The notes below the pieces were generated by a model that saw only the letters and a program-made list of their open reading frames with translations, had not been told where the DNA came from and did no database searches. 64,000 nt of DNA from IMG/VR virus record IMGVR_UViG_3300027710_000011, positions 186,001 through 250,000 of that record, one strand, 5' to 3'. Position 1 is the stretch's first letter. Every line of letters begins with the position of its first letter. Shown here one piece after another: positions 48,267 through 59,000 of the stretch. The translations under genes and the position numbers were made by a program.

Positions 48267-49697
48267 TCAGTTGACGCGCGTCAACAACAGCTGGCCAGAA
48301 ACCCAGTAGGTGATGTAATCGATAGCCGCAATGGCTGCCGCTTCACGCACATCCAGATCCGGATTGGCTTCACGCACATCGCTGATCGACTTCAGAATGC
48401 GGTACGCATCCGTATCGTAGAACCAGCTGGTGCCCAGCAAACGCAAGCTCCAAGCAAACAAGTTGCGAGTTTCTTCGATGCGGCTTTGTTCCAAGGCAGT
48501 GTTGAAACGACGCAGGATGATCTCGCGATCATTCAACGGCATCTCGCTGTGAGTGGAGTCAGCCATCAAGCGGCAGAACTCCGCAGCAGCGGCTTCCTTG
48601 TACTTGGTGAACATGCGGTTGTTGAAGTTCAACGCATTCATGGCGGCGTAACGAGACCACGCTGCCTTGCTGCTTTCCGCATCTGCGTCGATGTCCTTGA
48701 CGGTCAGCGCAGGGCTCGACTTCAAAGCGTTGCCGAACAACACTTCGTTCGAACCACCCGATTGCAGCCACTTCACGTAGACCGATTGGTTCACCACGAT
48801 CTTGCGGTTGTAGCTCGACAGCACGAGGTTGCCGGCTTTCTCACCGCGCTCAGCGTTGTTGATGCGCTGGTTCAAACGGCTTGCCACTTGCAGACGCAGT
48901 TCAGCGATCGTGTCGTTGTACTTGCTCAGCGACACTTGCGTGCCTTCTGCGGGGTTGTCCCACATCGTGCGGCAGAACAGGAAAGCAGCCAGCAAGCGCT
49001 CAGTGCCTTCTCCGGTTTGCTGGAAAAAGGCGCTGGCCGTTGTGGTCGGCGCATTCATGCCATCCGAGAACAGACGCTCCCAGACTTCTGCGATGAACGT
49101 AATGCCTTTGGCATCAGCCCATGCATCGATGACGGCATCCAGAGCTGGTGCGCCAGTGCGCAGCATCTGCAGCATGCCTTCAGTGCTGACCGAAGGGAGA
49201 CCCATCAAAGGCATCTCGAAATCGCGAGACAGAACGGTCTCACCCTTCTTGATTGAATCCAGAATGCTGCTGTCAGCCAAAGGCGCTGGCAGAGCTTGCG
49301 TCACGATTTCAAAATCGTGCGCAATAATTCCGCGATAAACAGACACAGCTTCATCCAAATGACGAACAAATTCTTCGACAGCAGGAGCAACGACAGTACG
49401 GGCGTGAGCCAGATAACCTGTCACCTTGGGAGCGATCAGAGCCACCAGCTCGGATTGAGTCAGCGTGTGTTCGCAACTGCCAGTAATGCCGTCAGTCGAA
49501 TTCGCAGCGTACTCGATGCTCGAGCTGCTCAGCACGTGTTGACCGGCGTTGTCTTCAAAAGACGAGATCATGCCGGGATGGCACGCACGCACGGTCGATT
49601 CCAGCAGTGAGCCAGGCAAAGCGCTGACGATAACGCCGCGTGCTTCGAAATTGGCGACTTGGTCGATCGCGGTAGAGATTGCTTGTGCGGACAACAT
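48267..49697 (-). CDS. Virion head protein, gp177-like
   Basis: 476 aa; synteny. Confidence 0.65.
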   Translation of the reverse strand: MLSAQAISTAIDQVANFEARGVIVSALPGSLLESTVRACHPGMISSFEDNAGQHVLSSSSIEYAANSTDGITGSCEHTLTQSELVALIAPKVTGYLAHARTVVAPAVEEFVRHLDEAVSVYRGIIAHDFEIVTQALPAPLADSSILDSIKKGETVLSRDFEMPLMGLPSVSTEGMLQMLRTGAPALDAVIDAWADAKGITFIAEVWERLFSDGMNAPTTTASAFFQQTGEGTERLLAAFLFCRTMWDNPAEGTQVSLSKYNDTIAELRLQVASRLNQRINNAERGEKAGNLVLSSYNRKIVVNQSVYVKWLQSGGSNEVLFGNALKSSPALTVKDIDADAESSKAAWSRYAAMNALNFNNRMFTKYKEAAAAEFCRLMADSTHSEMPLNDREIILRRFNTALEQSRIEETRNLFAWSLRLLGTSWFYDTDAYRILKSISDVREANPDLDVREAAAIAAIDYITYWVSGQLLLTRVN

Positions 49698-49700
49698 TTC

Positions 49701-49898
49701 TTAGACCCCCAGATTCTTCTCAGACAGGTTCTTTTCAAAACCCGATTGAGCCATGTTGAGCATCATTTCTTTGGTCAGTGGAGTGCCACCCACTGTGTCT
49801 GCCACTTCTTGCCCGAGGACTTGCTCGGCAATTGCGGCAACCAGCTCGCCGCCTGCAGCGAGTGTCACCGCTGTGGTGACCGATTGTTTGTGTTTCAT
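49701..49898 (-). CDS. Small hypothetical protein
   Basis: 65 aa, AGAGG SD, abuts the gp177-like gene. Confidence 0.6.
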   Translation of the reverse strand: MKHKQSVTTAVTLAAGGELVAAIAEQVLGQEVADTVGGTPLTKEMMLNMAQSGFEKNLSEKNLGV

Positions 49899-49932
49899 TT
49901 TTGCCTCTGAAAAGAAAGCGGTTAAAAACTAG

Positions 49933-49962
49933 GGAGTACTGGGCAATGAAGCCCAGTACTCC
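49933..49962 (-). terminator. Terminator-like hairpin
   Basis: GGAGTACTGGGC-aatgaa-GCCCAGTACTCC. Confidence 0.7.
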
Positions 49963-49969
49963 TTCACAC

Positions 49970-52900
49970 TCAGGATGCGTCGTACATCTCGACCGCTTTT
50001 TTGGCGATCACGTTCAACAGGGTTGCTGTTGTGCCGATAAGGTACGGACTCATCACAATACGGTTGTCGACACTGATGGCACCGAAGATGCTATCGATCG
50101 GGGTGCCTGTTTCAGTACGTACGTTCTCAGAGAACACACGACCAAAAACTGTTTTCAGCTGATTACCGAAAACACCCTTATCGCCAACACCAGCCGCAAC
50201 TTCCGTGGAGATATAGATGTTGATCGCAGCGCTATCGAGCTGCAATGCATCGTTTTCAACACGGAAGTTTTCATCCACGCTGCCGTTGAATACCTTCTTA
50301 CCTTGACTACGCAGACGCGCAGTCAGCTTATGGTCAGATTCGGTAGCCAACGCACGCAGAGTCGGTGACATGTCTTCCTTCTCACCGTGATAGAAAACTT
50401 CCACACGTTCCACAGTACCAAGGATCTTGGCTTGAGGAGCTTGTGCCGTCAGGACTCGAAGCGTGTCGATTGTCGATTCATCGAGAACCCCGGAACTCGC
50501 AGTCACGGCGTCTTCGATCATACACAGAATAGAGTCGTACTCGACTTTATCGCCGACCTTCGCGACACGGTGAACCTGTTGATCAAAGTTCACCACAATG
50601 GTGCGAAGCTTGGTGATCTTGGTGCGCAACTTGTTCGACAATCTCACGCTGATAGCGCACGAGTCTTCCAAAGTGTCCGTTGATTCCAACAAAGCAGTCT
50701 TGGAGTTCGTGCTGCACTTCCAAACAATCTGTTTAGGATTGAAGAAGTCAGGCTCGAAGAAACCGGAGTTGTAAGCGATTGGATCACCTGCGTTGAAAGT
50801 GTCACCAAGCTTGAGCGTAGTGACGATTTCGTGAGGGATAGTAAGGCCAGCAGCGTTGCCGTACTTACGACCAATCTCAACACCAAGCGTTTCGCCGTCA
50901 GCGTAAGTGACGATGATGCCTGTTGCATTGAGCGACGTCACCTGACCATTCTTCTTGGCCATCACGGTATAAGTCGGTCCAACACGATAAGGAATCACTT
51001 GCTCGTAACCGGTACGAACTTGCGCTTGATGGTAACCACCGCACGCCATACCGTGAGCTTGCTGAATGCTTGCAAAGTTAGCACGCTTCATGTCGTCACG
51101 ATCCAACGCAGGCGAGGCCAATGCTGTCGTAGACAATCCTGAAGTTGCTCCAGATTGACCTGGTACGTAAGGCTCTGCCATACCGCGCAGATTCTTGAAC
51201 TTGGGGTCAGCCGTCAAGAACGTATTGATGCCGACGTCAGAAGAGTCCGACGTTGCTTCAGAGATCACACCTGCGTCAGAAGGATGGTAGGCACGTGTGC
51301 GCTTCACCATAGAGCGTCCAGAGCGGCCGCCAGTACCTGCGTACGTGACTGCTTCGATTTCCTTAAGCTCTTTGATCGGATTGATTTCCAGCGACTGGTC
51401 CTTAGCAGGATCTTCACTGATGGCAATCCAAACAGCGTAAGGATTCATTTCCAACGGGTGCATCGCCTTGGATCCCTTGGCGTTGTGGACCCGCAAAGAA
51501 CGAATCAGTTCAGCGTACAGCAAACCGGAGAAACGCTCGTAACCCTTAATGCGCAAGTAAGTAGCGTCCAGCTCGTGCGGGTGCTGATCAGTGGTGAGCA
51601 GCGCAGCAGCCCTAACCAGCAACTCAGTCCAAACTTGCGGCTCCTTCATCTCAGCCAAGAGTTCCTTGGTGATCGGGTCGATGAACATCTGTGCCATCAA
51701 GTCCAATTCGCGCAAGTAACGAACACTCAAACCGTTCTCTTCAAGAACGTTAAGGTACACGTCACGGCGATTGAATTCGTGATGACCATAGTTCAACGTG
51801 GTTTCGCGATAATCTCGCCACCCACCCAGCACCAACGTAGCAACAACATCGTCGCGATTGAACACCCATGTTTCATCTTGGAAGACGATCGTCCATTCTC
51901 CAGGACCCAAGCTAGCACGCTGACCAGCAGGAACAACACGAGGTTTCACGCTGAGGCGTTTGCAAAGCTCATCCAGACCCATCAGGTAAGACAAGACGAC
52001 ACCAACAGGGATCATCTTACCAAACACACGAAGTTCTGCAAACTCAACAGGGCAGCGAAGGCCGGCCAAGCCAAGCAGTTCATCCAAAGCAGGCATCGGA
52101 ATGATACTGCCTTGAGAATTGACTTCGTAGATGGCGTTTTGCTTATCCATCAACAAGACGCGACCGTTCTCAACCATACCGATGATTACGAACTTGCCGT
52201 TTTGCTCAAGCTTAGCAATCGTGGCTTCTTGTCCGCCAAACATGTTCTTGACACGCGTGTGGTCGAACAACAGTTTCCACTGGACGTCTTGACCTTCGCG
52301 ATTCACGGTCAGATTGAACGCACGAATGCCTTGCGCAATCGTCGTGTAAAGGCGCGGTGCTTCAAACGAGGGATCAAACGCATCGCCTTGCTCGATGTAT
52401 GTAACCAACTTCTGATTGTCAGCCAAAGCCATTCGAACGATGTGGTCCCGCAGCCAACGACCGTAATCGTTAACCTTCTTTGCAGACCGCTCAATGAAAG
52501 CCTTACCGTAATAGCTAGTCAAAGCCACACGTGTTGGAGTCAGCTTTCGAATCGGCATGTCGCCGCGTTGCTTACGTGTGCGGTAAACAACGCCATTGAT
52601 GCGGTAAGAACCATCTTCTTCGACGCGAGGGATCTTGAATCGAAGCGTGCTAGGGATGCCTTGCAAAGGCTTAACCTTAACAACGTAATCCATCACGCCG
52701 CCAGTGACGTTTTCGATTTCGTTGACACGGTAGTCAGTAACCATCACGCCAGCATTTTGCAAGCTAATTGCCATGTTGGCAATATCGCGCTGCATCACGT
52801 CCTTAACGTAACGTCGATCAAAGTCGAGCAAGGACGACTGCGTCATCGTTTTATCGATGATGGTTTGGCGATCCGGGACCTTACTGATTTCCGTCAGCGC

Positions 52901-54355
52901 AGTCATCTCAGGTTTGATCTGAGTGAATTCACCCAGCGTCGTTCCGTCGGGCGCTGTAATTTGCTTGTAGCGACCAGCGTTCTCGAGAGCACGGCGATAT
53001 TCAGTCGCAGGCCATCCACCAGCGTCGGCAAGCGCGTTCGCATGTGCGACGATTGCTTCTTCCGGCGTCTTAGCTTCCGGAGGAGCGTATTCAACGAAGA
53101 CAGCGTCTGGGCCTTCAGTCTCATCGTCGCCGTATGCGTTATCCGCAATAGTCGCCAATGATTCCAAGTCTGCATCGATACTGGTATTGAAGACTTCTTC
53201 CTTCGTCAACACCGGTTCATGATCGATAACTTGAGCTTGCGCGTCGAGCTGCTTTTCTTCCTGCTCTTCGCGTTCAATCTCGTCAACAAAGTCAGATACT
53301 TCAGGCTCCGGGACAGCGTCAATCTTCTCAGGAGAGATCTTCTCCTTAAGAGTCTTGCCTGCTGGCGAAACGGTCACGACTTCGGGCACGGAACCAGTGG
53401 GTAGCTGATTTGCAGCCAAGACGTCAGACTTCTTGTCTTCAGACTCATTGCCCAGATTCTCGGGAACGCTCTCGTCACGAGCAGCAGTCAGCGCCATTGC
53501 CAACCGAAGCATGTAACGCTGCATGCGAGTAGCTTCGTTACCCTTACGACCCGCCAAAGCAGGATTCTCTTCAACCTCGCGCTTTGTCGGCAGCCGCCAT
53601 TCATCGAGCTGACCCAGGTTAATCACAAACCAGCGATTACCTTCACAGAACACGATGTTGACGCGAGAGTAGAACTTGGGATCGATCTTGGCGATCAAAG
53701 ACTTCTCACGATTCGGCCCCAACCATTTCCACAGCTCCAGCAAAATCAAAGTTTCGCTGTATGAGAAAACGGCTGCCAGTTTTTGCGTCATGGAAGTTTC
53801 CATAACGTTAAACATAGAGACGCTTGGGAGCACGCGCGGCAGATTGAACTCGATGAATTGATTACGCGGTGAAGCGCTCGCAATCTCAGCAATCTTGGTC
53901 CAGACAGTATCGTGGATATTTTTCCAGCGATAGTAGTTGGAGTAGATGTTTCGCGGATAACGATACATCCGGTGCAGCAACGAATAGTTGAACACACCAA
54001 CCGTTTGCTGATCGCGCTCCACGGCAGACAGATCGCGCATGATCCGGAAGCGAGGATTACGCGTCAGATGTGAACGCGCAATCTTGTCAGGCATGATCGG
54101 AAGCAGGCGAGGCATACCTTCCGTACCTGACAGTGCCTTGATGGTCGTCAATGGGAATGGACGATTCTTGTTGTTCTGAAGCGCCGTGGTGTCTTCAGTC
54201 GGACCATCATCCAACGGGCCTTCTCCCACGTAGTGGTAGTAAGAGTTGGCGGGCATGGACAGACGACTCAGCAAAGGCAGTGGTGGTGAAACCAACTGTG
54301 CCATTCGCCGAATGCCGTACATTCGGTAAAAGTTGTTGTATTGAATCAAAGCCAT
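49970..54355 (-). CDS. Virion RNA polymerase beta-like subunit (gp178-like)
   Basis: 1461 aa; DDMKRANFASIQQAH, LEDS and GDKGVFGNQLKTV beta motifs. Confidence 0.92.
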   Translation of the reverse strand: MALIQYNNFYRMYGIRRMAQLVSPPLPLLSRLSMPANSYYHYVGEGPLDDGPTEDTTALQNNKNRPFPLTTIKALSGTEGMPRLLPIMPDKIARSHLTRNPRFRIMRDLSAVERDQQTVGVFNYSLLHRMYRYPRNIYSNYYRWKNIHDTVWTKIAEIASASPRNQFIEFNLPRVLPSVSMFNVMETSMTQKLAAVFSYSETLILLELWKWLGPNREKSLIAKIDPKFYSRVNIVFCEGNRWFVINLGQLDEWRLPTKREVEENPALAGRKGNEATRMQRYMLRLAMALTAARDESVPENLGNESEDKKSDVLAANQLPTGSVPEVVTVSPAGKTLKEKISPEKIDAVPEPEVSDFVDEIEREEQEEKQLDAQAQVIDHEPVLTKEEVFNTSIDADLESLATIADNAYGDDETEGPDAVFVEYAPPEAKTPEEAIVAHANALADAGGWPATEYRRALENAGRYKQITAPDGTTLGEFTQIKPEMTALTEISKVPDRQTIIDKTMTQSSLLDFDRRYVKDVMQRDIANMAISLQNAGVMVTDYRVNEIENVTGGVMDYVVKVKPLQGIPSTLRFKIPRVEEDGSYRINGVVYRTRKQRGDMPIRKLTPTRVALTSYYGKAFIERSAKKVNDYGRWLRDHIVRMALADNQKLVTYIEQGDAFDPSFEAPRLYTTIAQGIRAFNLTVNREGQDVQWKLLFDHTRVKNMFGGQEATIAKLEQNGKFVIIGMVENGRVLLMDKQNAIYEVNSQGSIIPMPALDELLGLAGLRCPVEFAELRVFGKMIPVGVVLSYLMGLDELCKRLSVKPRVVPAGQRASLGPGEWTIVFQDETWVFNRDDVVATLVLGGWRDYRETTLNYGHHEFNRRDVYLNVLEENGLSVRYLRELDLMAQMFIDPITKELLAEMKEPQVWTELLVRAAALLTTDQHPHELDATYLRIKGYERFSGLLYAELIRSLRVHNAKGSKAMHPLEMNPYAVWIAISEDPAKDQSLEINPIKELKEIEAVTYAGTGGRSGRSMVKRTRAYHPSDAGVISEATSDSSDVGINTFLTADPKFKNLRGMAEPYVPGQSGATSGLSTTALASPALDRDDMKRANFASIQQAHGMACGGYHQAQVRTGYEQVIPYRVGPTYTVMAKKNGQVTSLNATGIIVTYADGETLGVEIGRKYGNAAGLTIPHEIVTTLKLGDTFNAGDPIAYNSGFFEPDFFNPKQIVWKCSTNSKTALLESTDTLEDSCAISVRLSNKLRTKITKLRTIVVNFDQQVHRVAKVGDKVEYDSILCMIEDAVTASSGVLDESTIDTLRVLTAQAPQAKILGTVERVEVFYHGEKEDMSPTLRALATESDHKLTARLRSQGKKVFNGSVDENFRVENDALQLDSAAINIYISTEVAAGVGDKGVFGNQLKTVFGRVFSENVRTETGTPIDSIFGAISVDNRIVMSPYLIGTTATLLNVIAKKAVEMYDAS

Positions 54356-54357
54356 GG

Positions 54358-55983
54358 CTATTTCCGGAATCCAGTCATGTTGCGCAATACAAGTTGTATT
54401 GTCGACACACCGGTGTTGTGGATCAATTTGCCGTCCGTACCAACGTACGCACGTCGTGAGTTGATGAACTCTTTGTACTCCGCCACTGATTCTTCAGAAT
54501 AGGCAATGTTGGCAGAACAAGTATCACCGTCAAAGTCAGCACCGAGACCTCCAAGCCTTGAGCTGTGTGGCACCAAGGAGTTCATGAAGGCACTGCCTTT
54601 TACCGGGAATTCGAGTGCATCAAATTCCTCAGGCAATGGCTGCCAATTTTCATCCAAACGTGTACGACGTTCGCTTTCAATCGTCACGCGCATGTGAGTG
54701 GAGCTGGGGTAAATAGAACCAACGCCCGACACAGGGTAACGCGTCACGAGAACAGGGTAGCGACTTGAATCCTTGTACACAGCCAAGTACATCAGTTCAG
54801 TGAACGTGATGGGACTGACGTGTTGAGGATCCCGATCTGACGGCAATTCACGAATGTCTGACATCAGACGGAAAGTCATGTCCGGACCTTTGTAGATCAG
54901 GAACATATAACGACCTTCAATTTCCATGAAGCGATTACGAATACTTTCTTCTTGGTACTTCGTAATCTCACGCGCAATACCTTCGTTGGTTGCCCAACGA
55001 TCGTACCACAAGCTGGCCAACATGACTTCTTCGGATTGAAGTGTTTGCTTGTTAATCAGACGAGACGCTTGATTAACATCAGGGAACACTGGCGCCACCA
55101 ACTCACGCAGCTGTTGCGTTGTGACCGGCAGCGTGGCCTTCATGTATTGGTACAGACCAATGACCGTTGAATTGAAGTCAAGGTTACCTTTGGCACCAAG
55201 CACCTTAACCGACGTATCGATCGCGGTAATCACGTTCCGAGTACCGTTGAAAATGTTGCGAGAAGCCCAGCGGCCCAGCAGCAATTTCTTCTTCCCTTCG
55301 ATCAACGAAGAGATGTATTCGTAGATTTGATTAAAACAAATCTGAATCTGATAGCGGGGTACGTTCAAAGCCGCTACGTCCTTACGGACAGAAGCATCCA
55401 GAATTGTGTTCGACAACTTGATCAGAGTCCGGTACATCTGGTTGATTTCGTCTTCAGACTTCCGGTTGTGCTGATCGATCTCAAGATCACGCAAGCCAGC
55501 AGGCATCACGATGATGTTGGTTGTCAACGCAACGTCTTTGTACTTGCGAAGCAAAGCGATACTCTGCTCACGAACGGCGGACTTGGATTCAGAGAACGCA
55601 ATGTCTTGCCAGTGTGAAACGAAGAATTCAAATCCCGTGTCACCCTGTGCTGCGTTCGACTTGACGAAGTCTTTCAGATTCTCGTCCCAAGTCGCATAGA
55701 GCGTGCCGGCCATGATGTCGGCGTAGATACGCTTGAGCTTGATCAAGATGTTGTAAACCACTGGATGGAAAACAGGCACCTTCACATCGACGTATGAGAA
55801 ACGACGGTTACGCCGTTGGTCACCAACACGTCCAAAGATCTCTGTGGAGAACAAGCCATTAGGATGGAAGTTCTCAGAACTACCTTCCATGATGTCCAAT
55901 GCCGAGACAGGACGAATGGCTTTCAATCGGTCTGGTGTCAAAGCCAGAATTTTGATGTTGAACGGAATTTCAGCGCGTTTCAT
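54358..55983 (-). CDS. Virion RNA polymerase beta'-like catalytic subunit (gp180-like)
   Basis: GLFSTEIFG, RYPV and catalytic GADFDGD. Confidence 0.95.
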   Translation of the reverse strand: MKRAEIPFNIKILALTPDRLKAIRPVSALDIMEGSSENFHPNGLFSTEIFGRVGDQRRNRRFSYVDVKVPVFHPVVYNILIKLKRIYADIMAGTLYATWDENLKDFVKSNAAQGDTGFEFFVSHWQDIAFSESKSAVREQSIALLRKYKDVALTTNIIVMPAGLRDLEIDQHNRKSEDEINQMYRTLIKLSNTILDASVRKDVAALNVPRYQIQICFNQIYEYISSLIEGKKKLLLGRWASRNIFNGTRNVITAIDTSVKVLGAKGNLDFNSTVIGLYQYMKATLPVTTQQLRELVAPVFPDVNQASRLINKQTLQSEEVMLASLWYDRWATNEGIAREITKYQEESIRNRFMEIEGRYMFLIYKGPDMTFRLMSDIRELPSDRDPQHVSPITFTELMYLAVYKDSSRYPVLVTRYPVSGVGSIYPSSTHMRVTIESERRTRLDENWQPLPEEFDALEFPVKGSAFMNSLVPHSSRLGGLGADFDGDTCSANIAYSEESVAEYKEFINSRRAYVGTDGKLIHNTGVSTIQLVLRNMTGFRK

Positions 55984-56081
55984 CGCCTACTCCTAAATAA
56001 AATCACAAAAATTATGAGGAAACCAAACGCAGAAGCACTAATGTATATTAGCTTTTCTGTATTTTTACATTCGAGGTTTTA

Positions 56082-59000
56082 ATGGCCACAAAAACCACCA
56101 AACATAAGACTGGTAACAGTCTAGACATCGATCCAGGCCTCGACATTCCTGAGTTTGATTTCGAATCTTTCGAAAGCGGCTTCAGCAAGCAGATGAAGGA
56201 CGAAGGTCCGGTGAAGGAAGTGCTTGGAAGTTTTGCCAAAGGTGTTGGCTCTTCCTTCGTAAAGCCTGGCTTCATCGAAACCACTATCCGCAACGTACTG
56301 CCGCGAGAATACGGCAGTGCTCTAGACCTCGGTCAAGCTAGCTTGGGTTCAGCCCGATCGCTATACAATCAAGCGGTCAAAGAGCTGAAACCTGCGGTCG
56401 GTCAGCTCAAGCAACTGACCCAGCAAGTTCTTCCCAAAACGGAAGGAATTCTCTCGAAGAATATTCAAGAGAAGCTCAAGGACTGGAGTCGAGAAGAGAA
56501 GAGCGGTGAGCTGAGTGAAGAGCGTATGCGCGAAATGGCGCTCGCTGTTGAACTCGGTTCTATTTTCGAAGCTCAGGCGAAAGATACTGATCGTCGAGAA
56601 GAAGCTAATCGTCGAAGCGATCAAATCAAGGATGGTGTCGAGCAGTTGCGTCATCGCGACGAAATGGGGCGTCTGAGTGAAATCGCTCAGAACACATCAC
56701 GCCTCGTTGGTTTTAACGAAGACGTCACTACAGCGGTTTACAAGAAATCACTGCAAGTACAGCTTCGTCAGTTTTATGCAGTCACTGAGTTGCTGCGTGA
56801 AACCAAGATTGCCAACATCAAGAAAACAGCACAGCTTGAAGGCGTTGTTCGCAACACCGGTATTTCGGCAGGTGCTGTTGAAACTACGAATAAGGGCTCT
56901 TTCAAGAACAAGTTCTTGGACGGTGCCAAGAAAGGTTTGTTCGGCGCAGCCCAGGGCTTTGCCAGGGACTACGTCGGAAACATTCATGATGACCTGAGCA
57001 AGAAGCTCACCGGCGCCACCTCGTCAGGTAACGATCTGCTTAGCCAGATCAACATGATGGCTTCCATGGGAAGCATGGGCGCTGACGTAGGTATGTCGGC
57101 CAAAGGCATGGCTGGCGACATGGCTGGTAGTTTCCTTGGTGATTACTTGGCTAACAAGCTGCAAGGTAAGCTGAAGAAACACGTTGGCAAGATTCCTGCT
57201 GTACAGAAGCTAGGAGCCAAACTTGGTTACGGCATGGAGAATGCCGGCCCCTTGTTGAACGATTATCTCAATGATCGCAACAATAAGCTTGGACCTCTGG
57301 AGCCTTTCCGGGAATACCTGACATCGATGCTGCCTAAGACTGGCGTTGACGTCACGATGGATGTGGCATCTTTGCATAAGTCTAATGAGCAAGCGCATTT
57401 CACCAATGCGACTCAGAAGTCTATCATCGAAGTCATCCCTGGTTTGCTCGCACGTATTCAGCGCGAACTCGTCATTACTCGCACAGGTAAAGATGCTCCA
57501 CTGATCTCGTACGACTACAAGGCCAACAAGTTCTCTACCGTTGAGAAGTTGACGTCAGATCTGCGCGCCGCTTTCACGGGTAAGGATAAGCAAGAAGACG
57601 TGAAGAAACGCTTCGATGAGATGTTCAAACTCATCGACAAAGACGGAGAGCTGGACGAAAGCAAGCGTGAACGAATCAAGAAACAGTTCATGGACAAAAA
57701 GTCCAAGGGCATGTCTACTGATTCCAAACACATTGCGTCCAAGTTGAATTGGGGTATGGATGAGGAAGGCGAAGCAATTGCTAAGTTCTTCCAGAAGTAC
57801 TTGAAAACCGATTCCGTCGGTAAGCGTGATCCGGACTCTTTGCAAGCGATCAGGCGTCAGCGCGTATTGTCAAAGCAGATTGATCGATTGACTCGTTTCT
57901 TCGAAGACCCTCGCGCAGACGCTCAAGCTATGGCCAACCTTGGTCAACTTGATGTGCTCTCCGGGACAGGTCTCTATAACACCGAGAAGAATAGCTTTGA
58001 TTTGGATAAAATCAATCAGGGCCTTTTGGGTGGCGAAGACGATACAATCTTGCAAGCTGGTGAAAACAGGAACCCGACTCTTGTTGAAGGCTCCTCTCGC
58101 GATTCCTTGAATAGGCCTCGCCGGAACATTCAGAAGGACGCTCGCCTTGCTGCTCAAGAACGTCGTCGTCGCATGCAAGAAGCGATGACGCCTCGTAATC
58201 AGGCGGCCGGCGCTATTCCTCAACAAGCGCCAGTGGAGCCGACACCAGTTGTTGGTGCTGAAGCTCTGAAGCAAACAGTTGAAGCCATGGTTGACACTGC
58301 AGCTCTCGAAAGGATGATGCAGGAACAAATTGCAGAGATCAAGAAGATTGATCCCAACGCAAACCTGCTGACCGTGATCGAAGTGCTGCGTTCGATGGAC
58401 AGTCGCTTGGAAGGCGGTATCAATACCTACTCCCTTGCCGAAGACTTCCTGGGTCCCGAAGCTCGTGATCGCTTCCGTGATCGCGCAAGCCGCGCAGGGC
58501 AACGTGTCAAAGGCGCTGCTGGCTCAGCTCGTGATGCAGCAGCTAATGCTGCGCGAAGGACTGCTGATGCTGCGCGTAGGGCAACCAGTAGAGTCAAAGA
58601 CAAGGTTAAGTCTTTCCGTGAGACAACTTTGGGCGACGTTGCAGACGCTGGTCTTGGTGCCGCAAAATCGATCGGAAGCTTTGGACTCGACATGGCGAGT
58701 AAGCTTGGCAGCATTGGTGTCAAAGGCGCCAAGATGGCTGGGTCTGTCGCTAGCACTGTCTTGAATAAAGCTGGTAAGACGGCTGATAAAGTTGCCGACT
58801 ATTTCGGCGACGTCTTTGTTGAAGGTGAAACCGAACCACGCTTGACTCGTGCAAAGATGAAGGCTGGTAAGTACTTCGACAAAGGTAGCAAAAAAGTCCT
58901 TACCTCTCTTGCTAACATCAAGGGCGCTGTTCTTGATGAAGAAGGCATGGAGATCTTGAGCGCTGATGAACTCGAGAAGTCCTACGTTAAGGGCTCGAAG

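Noticed and set aside
48126-49256. 376-aa plus-strand ORF
   Set aside because: Antisense to the gp177-like gene.
51155-53161. 668-aa plus-strand ORF
   Set aside because: Antisense to the virion RNAP beta gene.
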